Assembly (NCBI GenBank): GCA_040954595.2
Contig: CM082585.2
Span: 11,077,995 to 11,141,994, forward strand
Direction of reading: 5' to 3'
DNA length: 64,000 bases
From: Balanoglossus misakiensis
Lineage: Eukaryota > Animalia > Hemichordata
Shown: piece by piece, positions 50,881 through 64,000 of the stretch
Layout of the letters: each line of letters opens with the position of its first letter
How positions within the stretch are numbered: the stretch's first letter is position 1
Position numbers and translations under genes: made by a program
The notes under the pieces: model-generated
The model's database searches: none
Told to the model about the DNA's origin: nothing
The model's input: only the letters and a program-made list of their open reading frames with translations

Positions 50881-53289
50881 TTAAGATGACGACATCATCT
50901 GTACAAATTCTGAAAGGCAAAATAAGAATAACACTCAATGTATCAAATTCAATTTTCGCACAGCGTTTTATAATGATTTACTCGAAGAACAACAGAGTCT
51001 CTGTGCATAAGACGATCGTCACCCTTTAAATTGACAGAAACTTGAACCATAGTGAACAACTTGCTGTTACCTTCAAAATCGACTTGACCATCGCCATCTA
51101 TGTCCGCATCTCTAACCATTTCCTCAATCTCTTCATCAGTCATTTTCTCTCCCAGTGTGGCCATCACGTTTCGTAATTCAGCTGTTCCGATGAACCCGTC
51201 GCCATCTGTGTCAAAAGCGCGGAAGGCTGCGCGCAGTTGATCTTCTGAGTCCGTCTCTTGCATTTTCTTTCCCATCATCATCAAAAATCCCTCCAAGTCG
51301 ATCTCGCCGGTTCCTGCGGAAGTGTCAAAACCAAATCGTGAAGAAGCTTACAAGTTTCTCAACTTGGTGGTGGTGGGGTATGTAGTAGTGTTATGAATGA
51401 AATTTTTTCACTAACCGTCGGCATCTACTTCGCTGATCATATCCTGGAGTTCGGCTTTTGTCGGATTCTGACCGAGTGACTTCATAACGCTTCCGAATTC
51501 GTCAACGGAGATGGTACCGTCGCCATCTTTGTCGAAGATTTTGAAAGCTTCTTTGAGTTCTGAAACAGAAAAGACAAGGAGTTCTTATTTCTGTTCATAG
51601 TCGTACTTTGTTACAGGTTGAAGGAATTGCAGCCTATAAACTGTGAATATTTGACGTGCACATTGTTATTTGACATTATTTCATCATCTGATCCCCCTCC
51701 CCCGTGAAACAACTGAACTATCCCTTGAAGGAGGAAAATTAGGGAAGTCCCGGGGCAATTCTCTTTAATGCACAGTGACTACAATAGCGTGAAGATTTGT
51801 TGAACTGTGTGGAGAGTTGTTGAACGGTCAACTTGTCCAGTCTTTGTTCAGCAAACAACAGGCAATGTTATAAAAAAAACCTGCAACGTGGAAATCAATT
51901 CAGTGTTCGAGTGAAAATATATTCCGCATATTATTCATCATTCCATTAAAAAATACACGTGGAATATGTTTTGTACAAGATCGGCTAAACTGAGGACAAA
52001 ACTAACAGCTCCCTCTATTGTTCATTATTTGACATCTTTTCAATTACGATATTGCCGAGAGCACAACGCATTCAGTCACGTGACAACGGGACATTGTACA
52101 ATTGTGAGGAAACAAGTACCTATCAAGTACTCGCATCTAACTGTGCTCCTTTCTCTGACCATTTGGTCAATACTGGGACACGTTGAAGCACGGTTACATT
52201 ACGTAAATACTCCAGAAACTGTGGTGCACTGCGACAAAGGGGCAGCCAATGGTTGTGTGTGTTGGATCTTTCCACCATCTTTTCAGTGCATCTACTGACC
52301 GTTACGTTGATGACATAACCTCTAGTCTCCTTGGTGGCCCAAATCAAAGCTTTTATAGAAAGTACACAACGTCAGTCCACTCTTGTGCACCCTTTTGCAA
52401 AACAACTGATGACAATAGCATTCAAATCTACATCAGTCAACGTCCTTTTTTCATTACGTTGACTGAAAGAGTATGAATTTAGTTTAACTGTGGATACACA
52501 AAATGTATGAATATGATACACAGACTTAAGTCTCAAGAACATATGTTTCACGTAAACCCACCTGCAATTTGATCTTCGGCGAGTCCACTGGCCTATAAAA
52601 ATGAAAAAGGAATGTTATTAGGAATGTTTGCTTATTATCCTTTCAAGGGAATTTGCAATTGCACATACAAGTAGCAAGGCGAGTGATTTACATTAGTTAC
52701 CACTCCAATAAAAACATTAAAAAGATAATATACATGTGAAAAGGATCTTTCTCGTCCACGTTTACATTTGTTCAAAACCCTTGGTGAGTCAAATTGCAAA
52801 ACAGGTTGCGCAAGAGTAAAGCGCAACATCATGACACATTACTGTATATTATCCGTCAGTTTCGGCCAATTTCTAAAAAAATGCGACCATGGTGTTGCTG
52901 GTTATGCCGTGAAAGATCATTTTGGCGCCTAATTTAACCAAAATTCAAACATACAATGGTCAGATGGTGTAATATATTACATCAAATATGTTTTGACCCT
53001 CCCGATATATAAAGTGGACGTTCCCTCGGTTTTCAGAACTATAATGGCTTAAGACCTGTTGTTCTGTAACAGGTTGCATACAAATGTAGAACGTACAATG
53101 TACAATTACTACCACCAAGATTAACACGATGTCTGCATATAATGGAAAGCAAGAAAGAAAGAAAGAAAAAAGAAAGTGATTCTTAGTAAGATTGAAATAT
53201 GTGGAGGATGTACCAACTTAACGAATACTCCTCCATATGTGTTACAATCCCCTAGAAAGATTTTCCAAGTAAAACTGAAAACTCACCAT
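50881..53289 (-). CDS. Calmodulin-like protein D (149 aa, divergent; EF-hand 2 lacks Glu12)
   Basis: Exons: 53287-53289 (ATG|gtgagt), 52562-52592 ([10 protein letters not shown]), 51416-51559 ([22 protein letters not shown]...EVDAD), 51071-51313 ([17 protein letters not shown]...DGDGQVDFE) and 50881-50909 (EFVQMMSSS*). Exon sizes match the other copies. Confidence 0.92.
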
Positions 53290-54845
53290 GTTTTGTTACT
53301 TGTGTGAAACGATGTACTGGAGATACAGGACGATTGTGCACCAAAAGCGTCCGACAGTAGCGCGACTCTGTTCGTCAGAACACCTGTACGCCCCGCCCCC
53401 TCCCCTTTTTGCAAAAAAAAGATTGCCTGGTTGCTATAAACAGAGCATGTAACTGCAAACTTATAACTTGGGGAGTGTGTTAATTATTCATGAGACTGCG
53501 CTACAGGGCAAAACTTTTGCACACAAAGGGGCGGGGCATAAGCAAAAGACGGACCAGTAAGACGACAACAAAATGACTGGACCAGAAAAAGTAGACAGGA
53601 TCCAATTCAACGGCATTTCTGGCGTAGGTGTATAGGAATATAGATGTGTTTACTACATGTTTGCTCGCAATCTTCATTTCATTGTCAGCGGCTTAGTTTA
53701 ATCTGTTCAGATTGTGGACCAAACTAGACTAATACGTGTCTGGTTTGATTAACAGACACAAAAACCATCTCACCTTTCTTAATATATTATATAAAATTAA
53801 TCATTTCTCCCGAAACACACTTGGATGACGAACGGGGCAAAGTTTGGCACAATGAAAACAGCTGAGGCTTGAGAAAAAAGTGTAAAGGTGGTAGAAGAAA
53901 CACAAACATTTAAAGAAACACAAACTCTTTGTCCGGTTGTATTCACGCTTTGGGTACTGCTCAAACATTACTCAGACACGTTTCCTTGTGTTGGTCATGG
54001 ACATTACAAACATACACACTGATTGAAAAACTCTTTTCATATCAGAGTCTCTCGAGTAGGCTGAACCCAGATTCATTGACCACGCGCAAATACTACCGTC
54101 CGCTGTCTGTGACCCGGTGACGTCAATCCGGTGCGTTTTTTTCACCTGATCAAACACAAACAAAATCATCGCCACACTAAATAATTGTTTGTTTTCTTTT
54201 GTGGGACAAATACACAAACTTTCCGACAACGCTTTGATTTCACCAAGATGAGACAGATACACCAGTGAACAATGTTTAACTAGAGCTGATGACGTGGTCC
54301 CCCTTCATGATTGAAACTCTAGATAGGTCAGTCACAATGACTCTTGTCCTTTTACTGAACTCTGCACATTTCAATGGGTTTTCCCATATATATCGGATAC
54401 ACATTTGTACAGTCCCAATTTTTCCAGCAAAACAAAGCCAAAACCCAGCAAATGGCAACTTCATCAACAAGTTCTCAGACAGAGTTTAACAATTATACAA
54501 ACTTCTACATCCAAATTTAGTACAAAATTCGACCGTTTCATTACATGTCTAGTCTGCCACTGAGTGTAAATAACCACACCCAGTACAAAGAACAAACAAA
54601 CCAAAAATAAGTGAGTTTCATAAATCTCTATTTTTTTAATTTGGAAACCAAAACAAATTATCACAACATACAATTCCACATATACAATTTCCAAACACTC
54701 ATACCCTGTTGAGAAATGCAACATACCAGAATATATTCCACATTAATTTGGTGTTTGTGTTTATGACTTATCACACACTTGCTGCCCCACCTGGAATTAT
54801 AACGAGACTCAACACCAGTGCAGTGAACAAAGACACCCGGTGCTA

Positions 54846-54938
54846 TTAACCCTTTCACCCCCAGTTCCCTCTTTAGAGATCCAACTTTACCATGGGAAAC
54901 AATGGGGTTGGACTGAACCATGGCGGTGAAAGGGTTAA
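54846..54938. mobile_element. ~90-bp piggyBac-type MITE, copy 3
   Basis: TTAA-ccctttcacc ... ggtgaaaggg-TTAA, with perfect 10-bp TIRs and a TTAA duplication. Confidence 0.85.
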
Positions 54939-55938
54939 TGAGGGTACTATTTAAGAGGTCATCCATTTCATGAGAGGTCGTCATGTCAAAATAATTTTCA
55001 GTCTAAATATAATGGACCTACATGCATGAGATGTAGCCAGAATCACATTTGTCATTTGTAATTTACTAGCCCCCTCCTTGGGACATAAATGAACGGTCCC
55101 TTAAAAGGCATCCGGTTTTTGTCTAATCAATTTGATTCATTTCGCAAGATAGAAGAATCTACTTTATCACCTGCAAACAAATCACTCGCATATTGTACAC
55201 AACATCCCTGACATAATGCAACAATTGTAAATAGTCCATTTGATAGAGAGAGTCAAATTCACACAAAAACAATTTGGGTTGTCTTTTGGCAACTCCCTTT
55301 AGAAATCAGACGGCTTATAATATGAATGATTGCCCCATGAGAATTTTTTTTATGTGTGATACAAAATTAAGAAGTGACAAATATAAATTATTGGAATCTT
55401 ATTAGCCATTAAGTTAATAATAATAATTATTCAAATATACATCTCGTGATGATATTTTGGATTGTAGTCTTTTGCAAATTTTTCTTCACAAAGGACATCT
55501 CTCTCTCTCTCTCCCTTTCAGAGGCAAATCCTAGGACCAAACTGAACAGCTTTGCACACTACCAAAGCTGAACGCAAGTCTAACTTACACCAAATGTTTT
55601 TTTAAACGCAGTTTAGGGTAAACAGTGAAATGAAGTTCATAAACAATGCCCATGATTACAACGTTTTTGAATCTTTAAATTCACATCTTGGAAATCTCGT
55701 ACACTATTTTGATGTCGAAGTTCTGACTATCAGTTCTGAAAATTTCCAAAATAAGATGTGGATTAGATTTATTTTCCTTTGTAACAAAACACTTAATACT
55801 GTTTTACAATGTACTGGGTACAGAGCAGCACATATCAACACTGCTAAAACACCAACTTTTTGTACCATTTCTTCATTATCATGACAACAACGTCGTCATT
55901 TTTTTCCAAAGTATCGTCAGATACTTTCTCTTGCTCAG

Positions 55939-58900
55939 TCAAAAGGCATCTTGAATCAGGGCGTCCACCAGCTGAGACATTGTGGGTTCCTGACCAAGCA
56001 TATCTGCAATGAAAGGGAGGAATTATTTTTCAGATTCAGAAAATCTTGGCCCATGTTCGTCAGTGGTGCAAACACTTCGACAAAGTCAGGTACCTCATAC
56101 AAAACTAACTTACTTTTCACAAGAATAGAGGGCTCTTCACCACCTCCAAGGGCCAACATCTTCCGTCTGTAATTTTCTCCCACTTGTCGATCGAGAGGGT
56201 TGCTATGGAAACACTGTTGCCATATCAACGAAGCAACAGCCCTTGACAGGAGGTAGCTGTAATATTTAGCGCCATAACCAACCAAGTGACCAAATCTTAG
56301 CTGCCAGGACTACAGAGGAGAAACAAAAGATGTTTCCATGACAACCATGAATTCTAGCAAAATCTATGAATGTTATGAAAGCCATGCATATGGAATGGAA
56401 GTATTAAAGATGCAGATACTTACAGTTTCACTGACATGTGGCAGACAGCTGTACTTGTTTTGAACTTCTGACAGTAATTCTGTGGTGCTCTATAAGTAGA
56501 CAAGGGAAAAAATTATCACAGACAATGATTTATTTGCTAGCTTTGTAACTTTTCAAGGGTCACTAGACTCTTTGATGCAGAGGGGAAGGAGAGGAAGAGA
56601 GAGAGAAATGCTCTACAACATCACAGGATATTTACCATTGGAAGTGGATGCTTCCCGTGATAGATCTGGTCCAGGATGGAATAATACACCTGCTGCTGCA
56701 TGTCACATGCAGAAAACATCTTCTTGGCAGAACACAGGTTCGTGATCATCTTCTCAGGTAGAGTCTGAAAAAAGTGAGGAAAAAATGGATCAGTTAAGAA
56801 ATGGATCCTAACCCTCTTCTATCACAGTAGTTCAAGAAGTACTATACAACAGAATATTTACTTCATGAACTTGAGGTCCTGTCAAAGTAATAACTCGTGA
56901 GAGAGGTCCACTAAAATAGCATGATATAGTTCACCATCTTACCTCACCAGTCTTGTAATGTTTTGCAAACTGTTTGAGGACTCGGTAGTCATTAGCAAAG
57001 TATTCCATCAGTACAGATGGTACTTCAGCGAAATCAGTGGAACACCGTGTGCCAGTCACATGTTGGTACGTGGTCCTTGCCAACATGGCTGAAAGGAAAG
57101 AAATATCACATGATGACATGAGAATCACCCTCTATAGCAAGGAAGGGGTCAATGAAGCTGAGTTTGATTTTTAGGTCAATGGTGATAAAACTCCAGAGCA
57201 GACACTGCCTGCACGCAATAAATCTTTAAGACTGCAAAGTATGAGAAGACTGAAAGATTTATTTGATACTCACAATGCATTGCATGGCCCATTTCATGAA
57301 ATAAGTTTTCCATCATCTGCAAAAAACATGAGTAATCTTCAGTAAATGAAACAATACCTTGATTCCATTGCAAGGATTATGAAGGCAAGTTCTCTATAGT
57401 TATGGTTGTCAACAATAACCTGTCCTGCCTAGTGCATCAAAGTGAAACACAAGACAAAATCTTCCAGATAAGAGTTCTTCATACTTTCATATCCTGTGAC
57501 ATCAACAAAGCAAGTTCAAGACTAAGGAAGATACTTACTGAATGTGAAAGAAGTGAAGGCATATGCTTGGTTGGAGAGCTGAAACAGAAAGGATACCATG
57601 TTTAATCTCTGAATCATACAGTTCTTTCCTGTTGACTATCCTACCAATATCAATCTGGAACTTCAAACTTTGGTCGACTTTTCAGGATATACTTACGGAA
57701 AGCTACACATGAGCACGACAACTGGTTTCTGATATGACCCATCGTCAAGGCAACGACCACCTCGTATTGTAAAGTGGCAATCTTGTTGTGATTTGCCTCG
57801 TCGCTCAAACAAGTCACAGTAAATGTATCCCAGAACTCCCTCTGATTCATGCACTACGGCCTACAGAAACAGAAGTAGAAACAACAATTAAAATGTAAAA
57901 AACAACCTGCGCGTCTGCTAGTGTAGCCATTAAACTTTCCACTGTATTCTCAAAACCTAACATATACATTTTCCTACTCACCAGTTTTTTGACGTCAGGA
58001 GACCAGATTTCACCAGGCCTCGTCTCTTCCTCTTGCAGTTCTATTCCATAGAGACTGGTAAAAATCAAACTGAGTCCGTCCATGCAAGTACCCAATGAGA
58101 AGTAAGGCGCATATTGCATAGAATTAATGTCACACCTGCAAACGGACCAATAGAAAACCAAAAATTACATCTGAGATGTGAATGAATGACTGACATAAAT
58201 TCGGTTTAGTTACCGTTGCATCAATATTGGAAACTGGAATTTTAGGATTCAAACTGGTCACTTACTGTTGATGCTTAGCAAGTCCAGCATAATACGGCAG
58301 ATCCCATGCCATTATACTCTGCAATAGAATGAACAAAAATTGGATTTAATCTCCCGTGAGACAGGCCAGCTGGCGTTTTCATATTTATTTGGGTTGGAAC
58401 TTTTTTCCACGATTAACACATTTATGCCCGTGGGCTCCAAGAGTTGAAATACTGTATTTTACTCACTGAATTTGAATTGTTGTATTTCCTCTTGAGAGCT
58501 GACAGCTTAGAAATCTCATCCCTGGCTCTGAAAAACATGAAAAACATTTACATGTATCAGGCTTTTTGTTTAGTGTATCATGACATTCAACAACAACATA
58601 CATGTAAGACATTGTGGAAGGACACACACATCTTCTGGCAGTCAAAACTGCTTCAGCAATTATGTTCAGAATCCCAATTGAATATTTCTGTGAACCTTTA
58701 TTTAAATTACCTGTTATGGATTTTGCTGGCTGTCATTTCAAGGAAAGTCATCACATTCTGTGGATTTTGTGCCATGGATGATTTCAATGCCCTGTCTGCG
58801 TAAGTCGGATAACCCACTAAATTAGCCAAGTTGTGTCTGGCAGTAAGTAACTTGTCTAAGAGCTTCTCTTGATGTGGGTTGGGGTAGAGGAAGATTTTGT

Positions 58901-60659
58901 AAGCTACTTCTCTGACCTGCAAGATAAAAACAAAATCACTAATGTATTATTTACTGATGAATTCTTTATCAATGACACAATCCCTACTAAGAGAGGTGGG
59001 CCCTCATGAAAGTCAAGAACATTAAAGCAACAAAATCTTTGACCGGCAGCCATTTGCAAAGCCATAAAGCCAATATATATACATTGAAGTACCACATGCC
59101 TACAGGCATGCATGATCTTTGGATGATAACAAGACAAGATAGGAAATTGGGGGACTTACAATATCATTGGGTGAATCTGTGTAGAGTCCATTCACTTTGA
59201 CAGCATCACCTTCTACTAAGAATGAATTACGGATATGTTCAGGTAAAAGATCTCTGCGTACAAGGTTAGGGATCTGTGTACCCTGCATGAATTCACTTCC
59301 CAGTCTCAGAATTTCACTGTTGAGTTTCACAACTTTCCTTCTCTGAAAAAAAACATGCAAGAGAGAATGGAATTAACATTTTGACACTAACAGACACCTT
59401 GGTCCAAGGTGTCCCCCTGTACTGATCAATCATATGAGCATGAGGGCATCCAGGGTGATACTCGGGTGTCGTCCAAAATAATGCACTGTATTTTGTGGAA
59501 GTGGAAACAGGACTGTTGCAGTACCTACCTTGCCAGCACTCAGGTGAATACCACTTTGTTGGAAATCAAAGATGAAGAGCTCTGCTACTCTTCGAGACTC
59601 ACTGTCCATCGACTGGAAGATCTGTTCATTGTCCAGCAATTTCCTGAGAGAACTGTGAAGCTCCACATGTGTATTCAGTCTAAAGGATATCAACACAAAG
59701 CATGTGATTACCACAGATTTCGATTTAGTGACACAATTCAGGAAGATAGGAAAAACAACTTTTTCTGTAAACTAAGATTAGCCAACTTACCTTTCCACCA
59801 GATTGCCTACAGCAAAACATGCCTCTTCAGCAGCTTCATGATATGAAGCCTTCGGATGTGCCACTCTGATAAAGTCAGCCTGCAGTGAGAAATAAAGTTT
59901 GCTTGTCACACCAGTCATTATCAATAAATAGAGAAAGAAAAATGCAGCTGTGTATAGTACACAGAATACAGATGGATTGATAGAGTTGAAAATATTGGTC
60001 ATGTTTGATTTCTTGCAAAGAACCGACTCATTGTACCTGCAGTTAAAATTTACAAGCTGACAAACTCAACAGACACTGGACTTACCAGATCAGCAACTCT
60101 ACAGAGTGCATCTGACAGTTTGTCAAATATTTTGACAATTTCTGGTGATGTTGGACTAGCAACAGCAGTATTGACCAGATGTGTCACCTCCCTGAGACAT
60201 TCTTCCTGAGCCACTTTGAACCCACTAGGTTCACATAATTCTGGCACACCGAACAGTCCCTGTAGGATAAGCGAAGATTTAGAATATTCATTTTCTGACA
60301 GTATGGTCATGATCAAGATCAAGACCAGTTTTTGCTATTGTAATACACGTACTGACACCATAACGAAAATGGGCGTGAAGAACCGTTTACCCTCGAATAC
60401 AATGTCACTCATTATGATACACGCGCATCAGAGTTCAAACACGTGTAACTCGACTGACTTATGTGACAATATGGTATAATTTTTATCCTCGAATGAAACA
60501 AACGTGATCAATGAGTATACTTACTACATTTGTTCCTTTGAAGTCCTCCTGGGTCTCTATCTTTGTATTGAACGCAGATGCTAATGGTGACCACGTTGTC
60601 ACTGTTCGTACATCTCTAAGACAACGGTATATCCATCTACTTTTGCGTGCGATCATCAT
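55939..60659 (-). CDS. MIPEP: Mitochondrial intermediate peptidase (M3 metallopeptidase), ~17 exons
   Basis: Exon 1 (60525-60659) encodes an Arg-rich presequence and [10 protein letters not shown]. Later exons encode [31 protein letters not shown], the zinc motif [11 protein letters not shown] (~57273-57317), [20 protein letters not shown] and [13 protein letters not shown]. The last exon ends ...LIQDAF* at 55939. Confidence 0.93.
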
Positions 60660-60909
60660 GATCAATAGATTAGAATACCGGTGTTTGTAAATGACCGGCA
60701 CTCAGACTGTTTTACCGAGAACTGTCACTCTCAGATGTGAATACTGCAATGGTATTTCACACACAAAATATCCGGAAGTGTCGCCTGTTTCCTAATTACA
60801 CGGGACAATGCACAGCGCCTCGAGCAAATGATAAAAATTAACGATTTTCTCTCATTTCACGCGCCGTCGGACTTTTCAAGGGCGCAGCCATATTGTTTAC
60901 GTGTGCACC
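60660..60909. promoter_or_regulatory. Bidirectional promoter shared by MIPEP and aprataxin
   Basis: The start codons are 250 bp apart, head-to-head. An ETS/GABP-type CCGGAAGTG lies at 60772-60780 and a YY1-like cagccatatt at ~60885-60894. Confidence 0.6.
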
Positions 60910-63221
60910 ATGGGAACAAAGGTACGCCGTCTACTATTATTTATAAAATTACAACTTTGCTGAAAATACCGTTACAAAATGGACACAGGGTGTAATATAT
61001 TACTTTTAAAAAAATGCGACTGCAACCGTCTCAATTTTGTACAACAAAAACTGCAGTTTAAATAGTGCCGAAAGAGACAACTTTTGGGTCAAAGGTCAAA
61101 GGCTGAGCTGGATCACAAAACACACTCATACACAGGCATATGCAGTGTTTGTCAAACTTACAGTGCAAAATGAGCAGTCAGATGCAGACAAAGAAAAGAA
61201 GAGATTTCAGTGATTCTGAGAGTGAAGGAGATGACAATCCTGCAGTATGTAATAAACACAAAAGTGTCCTTAGAATTACTGGGACACTTACAGTCAGTGT
61301 GTGTTCATATGTCAGTGGTATCACTTTCTAAAGCAAATTGTAATTATTGGGGGGAAAAAAGTGCTTTGAGCATGAATTATGCACTGTTTGATAAATGTGA
61401 GTTTTCTATTTCAATGTAGGCTCAATTAACACTAAGCCAACCAAGAAAAAAGCATAAAGATTTCAGCAGCTCAGAAGATGAAGATGACGGAGTAGTAACT
61501 GTGAAGAGTTCTTACAAGGGCAGTCATCATCCAGATTTCAGTGAGTCTGGTAGTGATGATGAAACTAATGTGAGTCTAGATCTAGCCCGGAGACCAGGGC
61601 GTCGATCCCCTACGCCCTGGTCTCTGGGCCAAGATCTAACAGACTGTTTTATGACCAAAGTGTTGAGGTTTACAGATAAACTCAAACTTGATGTGTGTGC
61701 AAATATATGTTACACTGACAGTGAATGTTTAAATGCATGGTTCCAAAATGCACAGCTACACATGGTCGTTGCACTTTTATCTTACCTCTGCACTTTTTCT
61801 TCATGTATCTCTTCTGCAAAACAGCTGGCTGAAACAAGCAGCAAACCTGTAAAACAGAGGAAAGACTTCAGTGATTCGGAGGAGGAGGAGGAGGAGGAGG
61901 TGAAACCTACAAAGAATACACCCTCTGGTGGCGCTAGTCGCCCTCCAGTGAAGACAGGGCATTGGAGTATGGGTCTGCTAAGTTCCATGAATGATCCAGA
62001 TATGCAGATCTATAAGGATGAGAAACTTGTCATTATAAAAGACAAATATCCCAAGGTGAGCAGTGAATTATCTTGGTCAAGTTAATTGTTGACTCTTCAG
62101 ATCTATATTAGACTTTCTCACAAGACTTTTCATGTGTTATTCAACTGGTGTGAAATGTTGAATAAATTTAATTTCTATAATTCTTGTATTTCTTTTCTTC
62201 CTGTTTCTTTTCAGGCAAAATTCCATTATTTAATTATGCCAAGGGTTAGTATACCCAGTTTAAAGAGTTTGAAGCCCGAACACTTGGATCTGTTGAAACA
62301 CATTCACAAGAAGGGAAAAGAGGTTACAGAAAAGTGGGTACAACTTTTTCTTGTTGAAGCAATGTAAATTATTAACACATTTTTTCACATGAGGATCAGA
62401 ATGTTAAAATAATTGCATTAAAGAAATCCCTCTTTTCAGGCACAGGTCAACAGGATTAGAGTTTCACCTTGGATATCACTGTGTGCCAAGTATGAGGTAA
62501 GCCTACATACTATCAACACTATTCCGTCATATCTGTAATTTTCACACTTCTGAGACAAATGACAGACTTTCCAAGGATTCTGTAATGTTACAGCAGTGAT
62601 ATTGATCACAGCAGAAGCACAAAACTACAAAGACCTCATTCAGATTTCTTCTATTTTTAGGGGAAAGCTTAACTTTTGTCTCTTATTTTAACCGTTCAGC
62701 CATTTACACATGCATGCTATCAGCCAGGATTTCAACTCGCCATGTTTGAAAACTAAGAAGCATTGGAACTCCTTCACAACTCAGTATTTTGTCAATTCAA
62801 AGGGTGAGTACAAGCTAGTGCTAATAACAGAACCAGCAGCTTGCACAGGAAAACTTCATTTTTTACTGTTTTGAGCACCTAAGTAGTATTGTTATTCTTT
62901 TTTCTCAGATGTAATTGAACAACTTGAGGCAACAGGGAAAGTCAATCCACCTTCAGCAAGTAAACATGCTGAACTGTTAAAAATGCCCCTCAGGTAATGT
63001 TGACACAATCTATTCTTGATTGGTAGTACGGTAATTTAGATGTTGAGGAAGACTGCAAATACATTCTATTGGCATTACACTATTCTTCTTGTAACATATT
63101 ACACTTGAGGACAATCATGTGTGATTATTTCTTTTTCTTTTTCAGATGTCATGTGTGTCATCAACCCCAGACGAATATGCCTAAACTGAAGCAACATATT
63201 CTTCAGCATATCAAATCATAA
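60910..63221 (+). CDS. APTX: Aprataxin (HIT domain plus C2H2 zinc finger; no FHA domain seen)
   Basis: Approximate exons: 60910-60921, 61164-61244, 61420-61569, 61825-62055, 62215-62334, 62440-62496, 62700-62802, 62909-62993 and 63146-63221. Motifs include [45 protein letters not shown] (HIT triad), KKHWNSF and CHVC...KQHILQH. The 5' exons are less certain than the core. Confidence 0.9.
61577..61638. repeat. GC-rich 62-bp palindrome/hairpin (tiny TA-flanked MITE-like) in an aprataxin intron
   Basis: tagatctagcccggagaccagggcgt - 9-nt loop - acgccctggtctctgggccaagatcta. Confidence 0.75.
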
Positions 63222-64000
63222 CATATACAGGACACCATTAAGAGACATTGCCAAGTCATTCTGTGCTGAGGATTATAGTTCTGCAAATACAAAGACTTGC
63301 ACTTCAATAAAATTTATGTCAATAATCTTGCAAGATTGTATGTGATTGGTCTGTTTCTTGATTTTTCTTTCATTATACCCGAGAGCTACAGGATTTATTT
63401 TGATATGACATTGTGCCAAGAACTTTGAAAAAAATGTTAAAACAGAGTACCACCATATTAAAGATAAGAGTTTTACACTCTGAAACAAAAGCTTTATGGT
63501 GAGAAAGTAGCCTTATTTTGAAGATGAAAGTTTGATAGAAGATGAAAGTTTGATCAATGTATGTGTCACAAGCGAGTTCTCTATAAAGGGGAATCATTTG
63601 ATTTCTGATTTGGATGGAGGAAGTGGTTTATAGCAGCATTTTTCACGTTGATTTGCCTGTGGATCAGCCATTCGGGCCAGCCCGTCGGCTCATGACCTCT
63701 GTGGCAGGTCACGCTGGTGACCTCTGTCTCAGGTCACTCTGGCGATCACCTGACAAGAGCACGTGACATATCAAAAAACTTTGTTTCACTCAGTACGTGG
63801 TCGCATATGCTGTTTTGTGTTAGGCACACTGCTATAAATTTGGCTTGTGGAAAGTTATATGATTATCCTGTTTGCAAGAACCGTGTAGCAGGCACTACTG
63901 GTAGCACTGAATCCGAAAGTGAAAGGCGAAGACAGATCGCAACGTGGCATCACTGCTGCCACCGGTACCTCACGATCACGGTCACCTTCACAAGGGTCTG

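Overview
Eukaryotic (animal) genomic DNA with GT-AG introns. It is AT-rich and looks like a marine invertebrate, possibly a deuterostome (inference only). From left to right: (1) two tandem, intronless SGNH/GDSL-hydrolase-like genes on the + strand, the first truncated by the window edge; (2) a minus-strand cluster of four complete calmodulin/calmodulin-like genes with 3/31-34/144/243/29-nt coding exons, plus the first two exons of a probable fifth EF-hand gene whose remaining exons seem to lie left of the window; (3) a ~21.7-kb array of an 87-bp satellite (~250 copies, two sub-types) inside the calmodulin cluster, bounded by terminal inverted repeats and apparently grown from one arm of a foldback/MITE element; (4) MIPEP (-) and aprataxin (+) arranged head-to-head. 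Several small MITEs and microsatellites are scattered through the window. The most notable observations are the TIR-bounded satellite, a calmodulin gene with two alternative terminal exons that resemble different paralogs, patchwork gene conversion among the calmodulins, and an FHA-less aprataxin with duplicated basic-DFSxS-acidic exon modules. All exon coordinates and alignments were read by eye.
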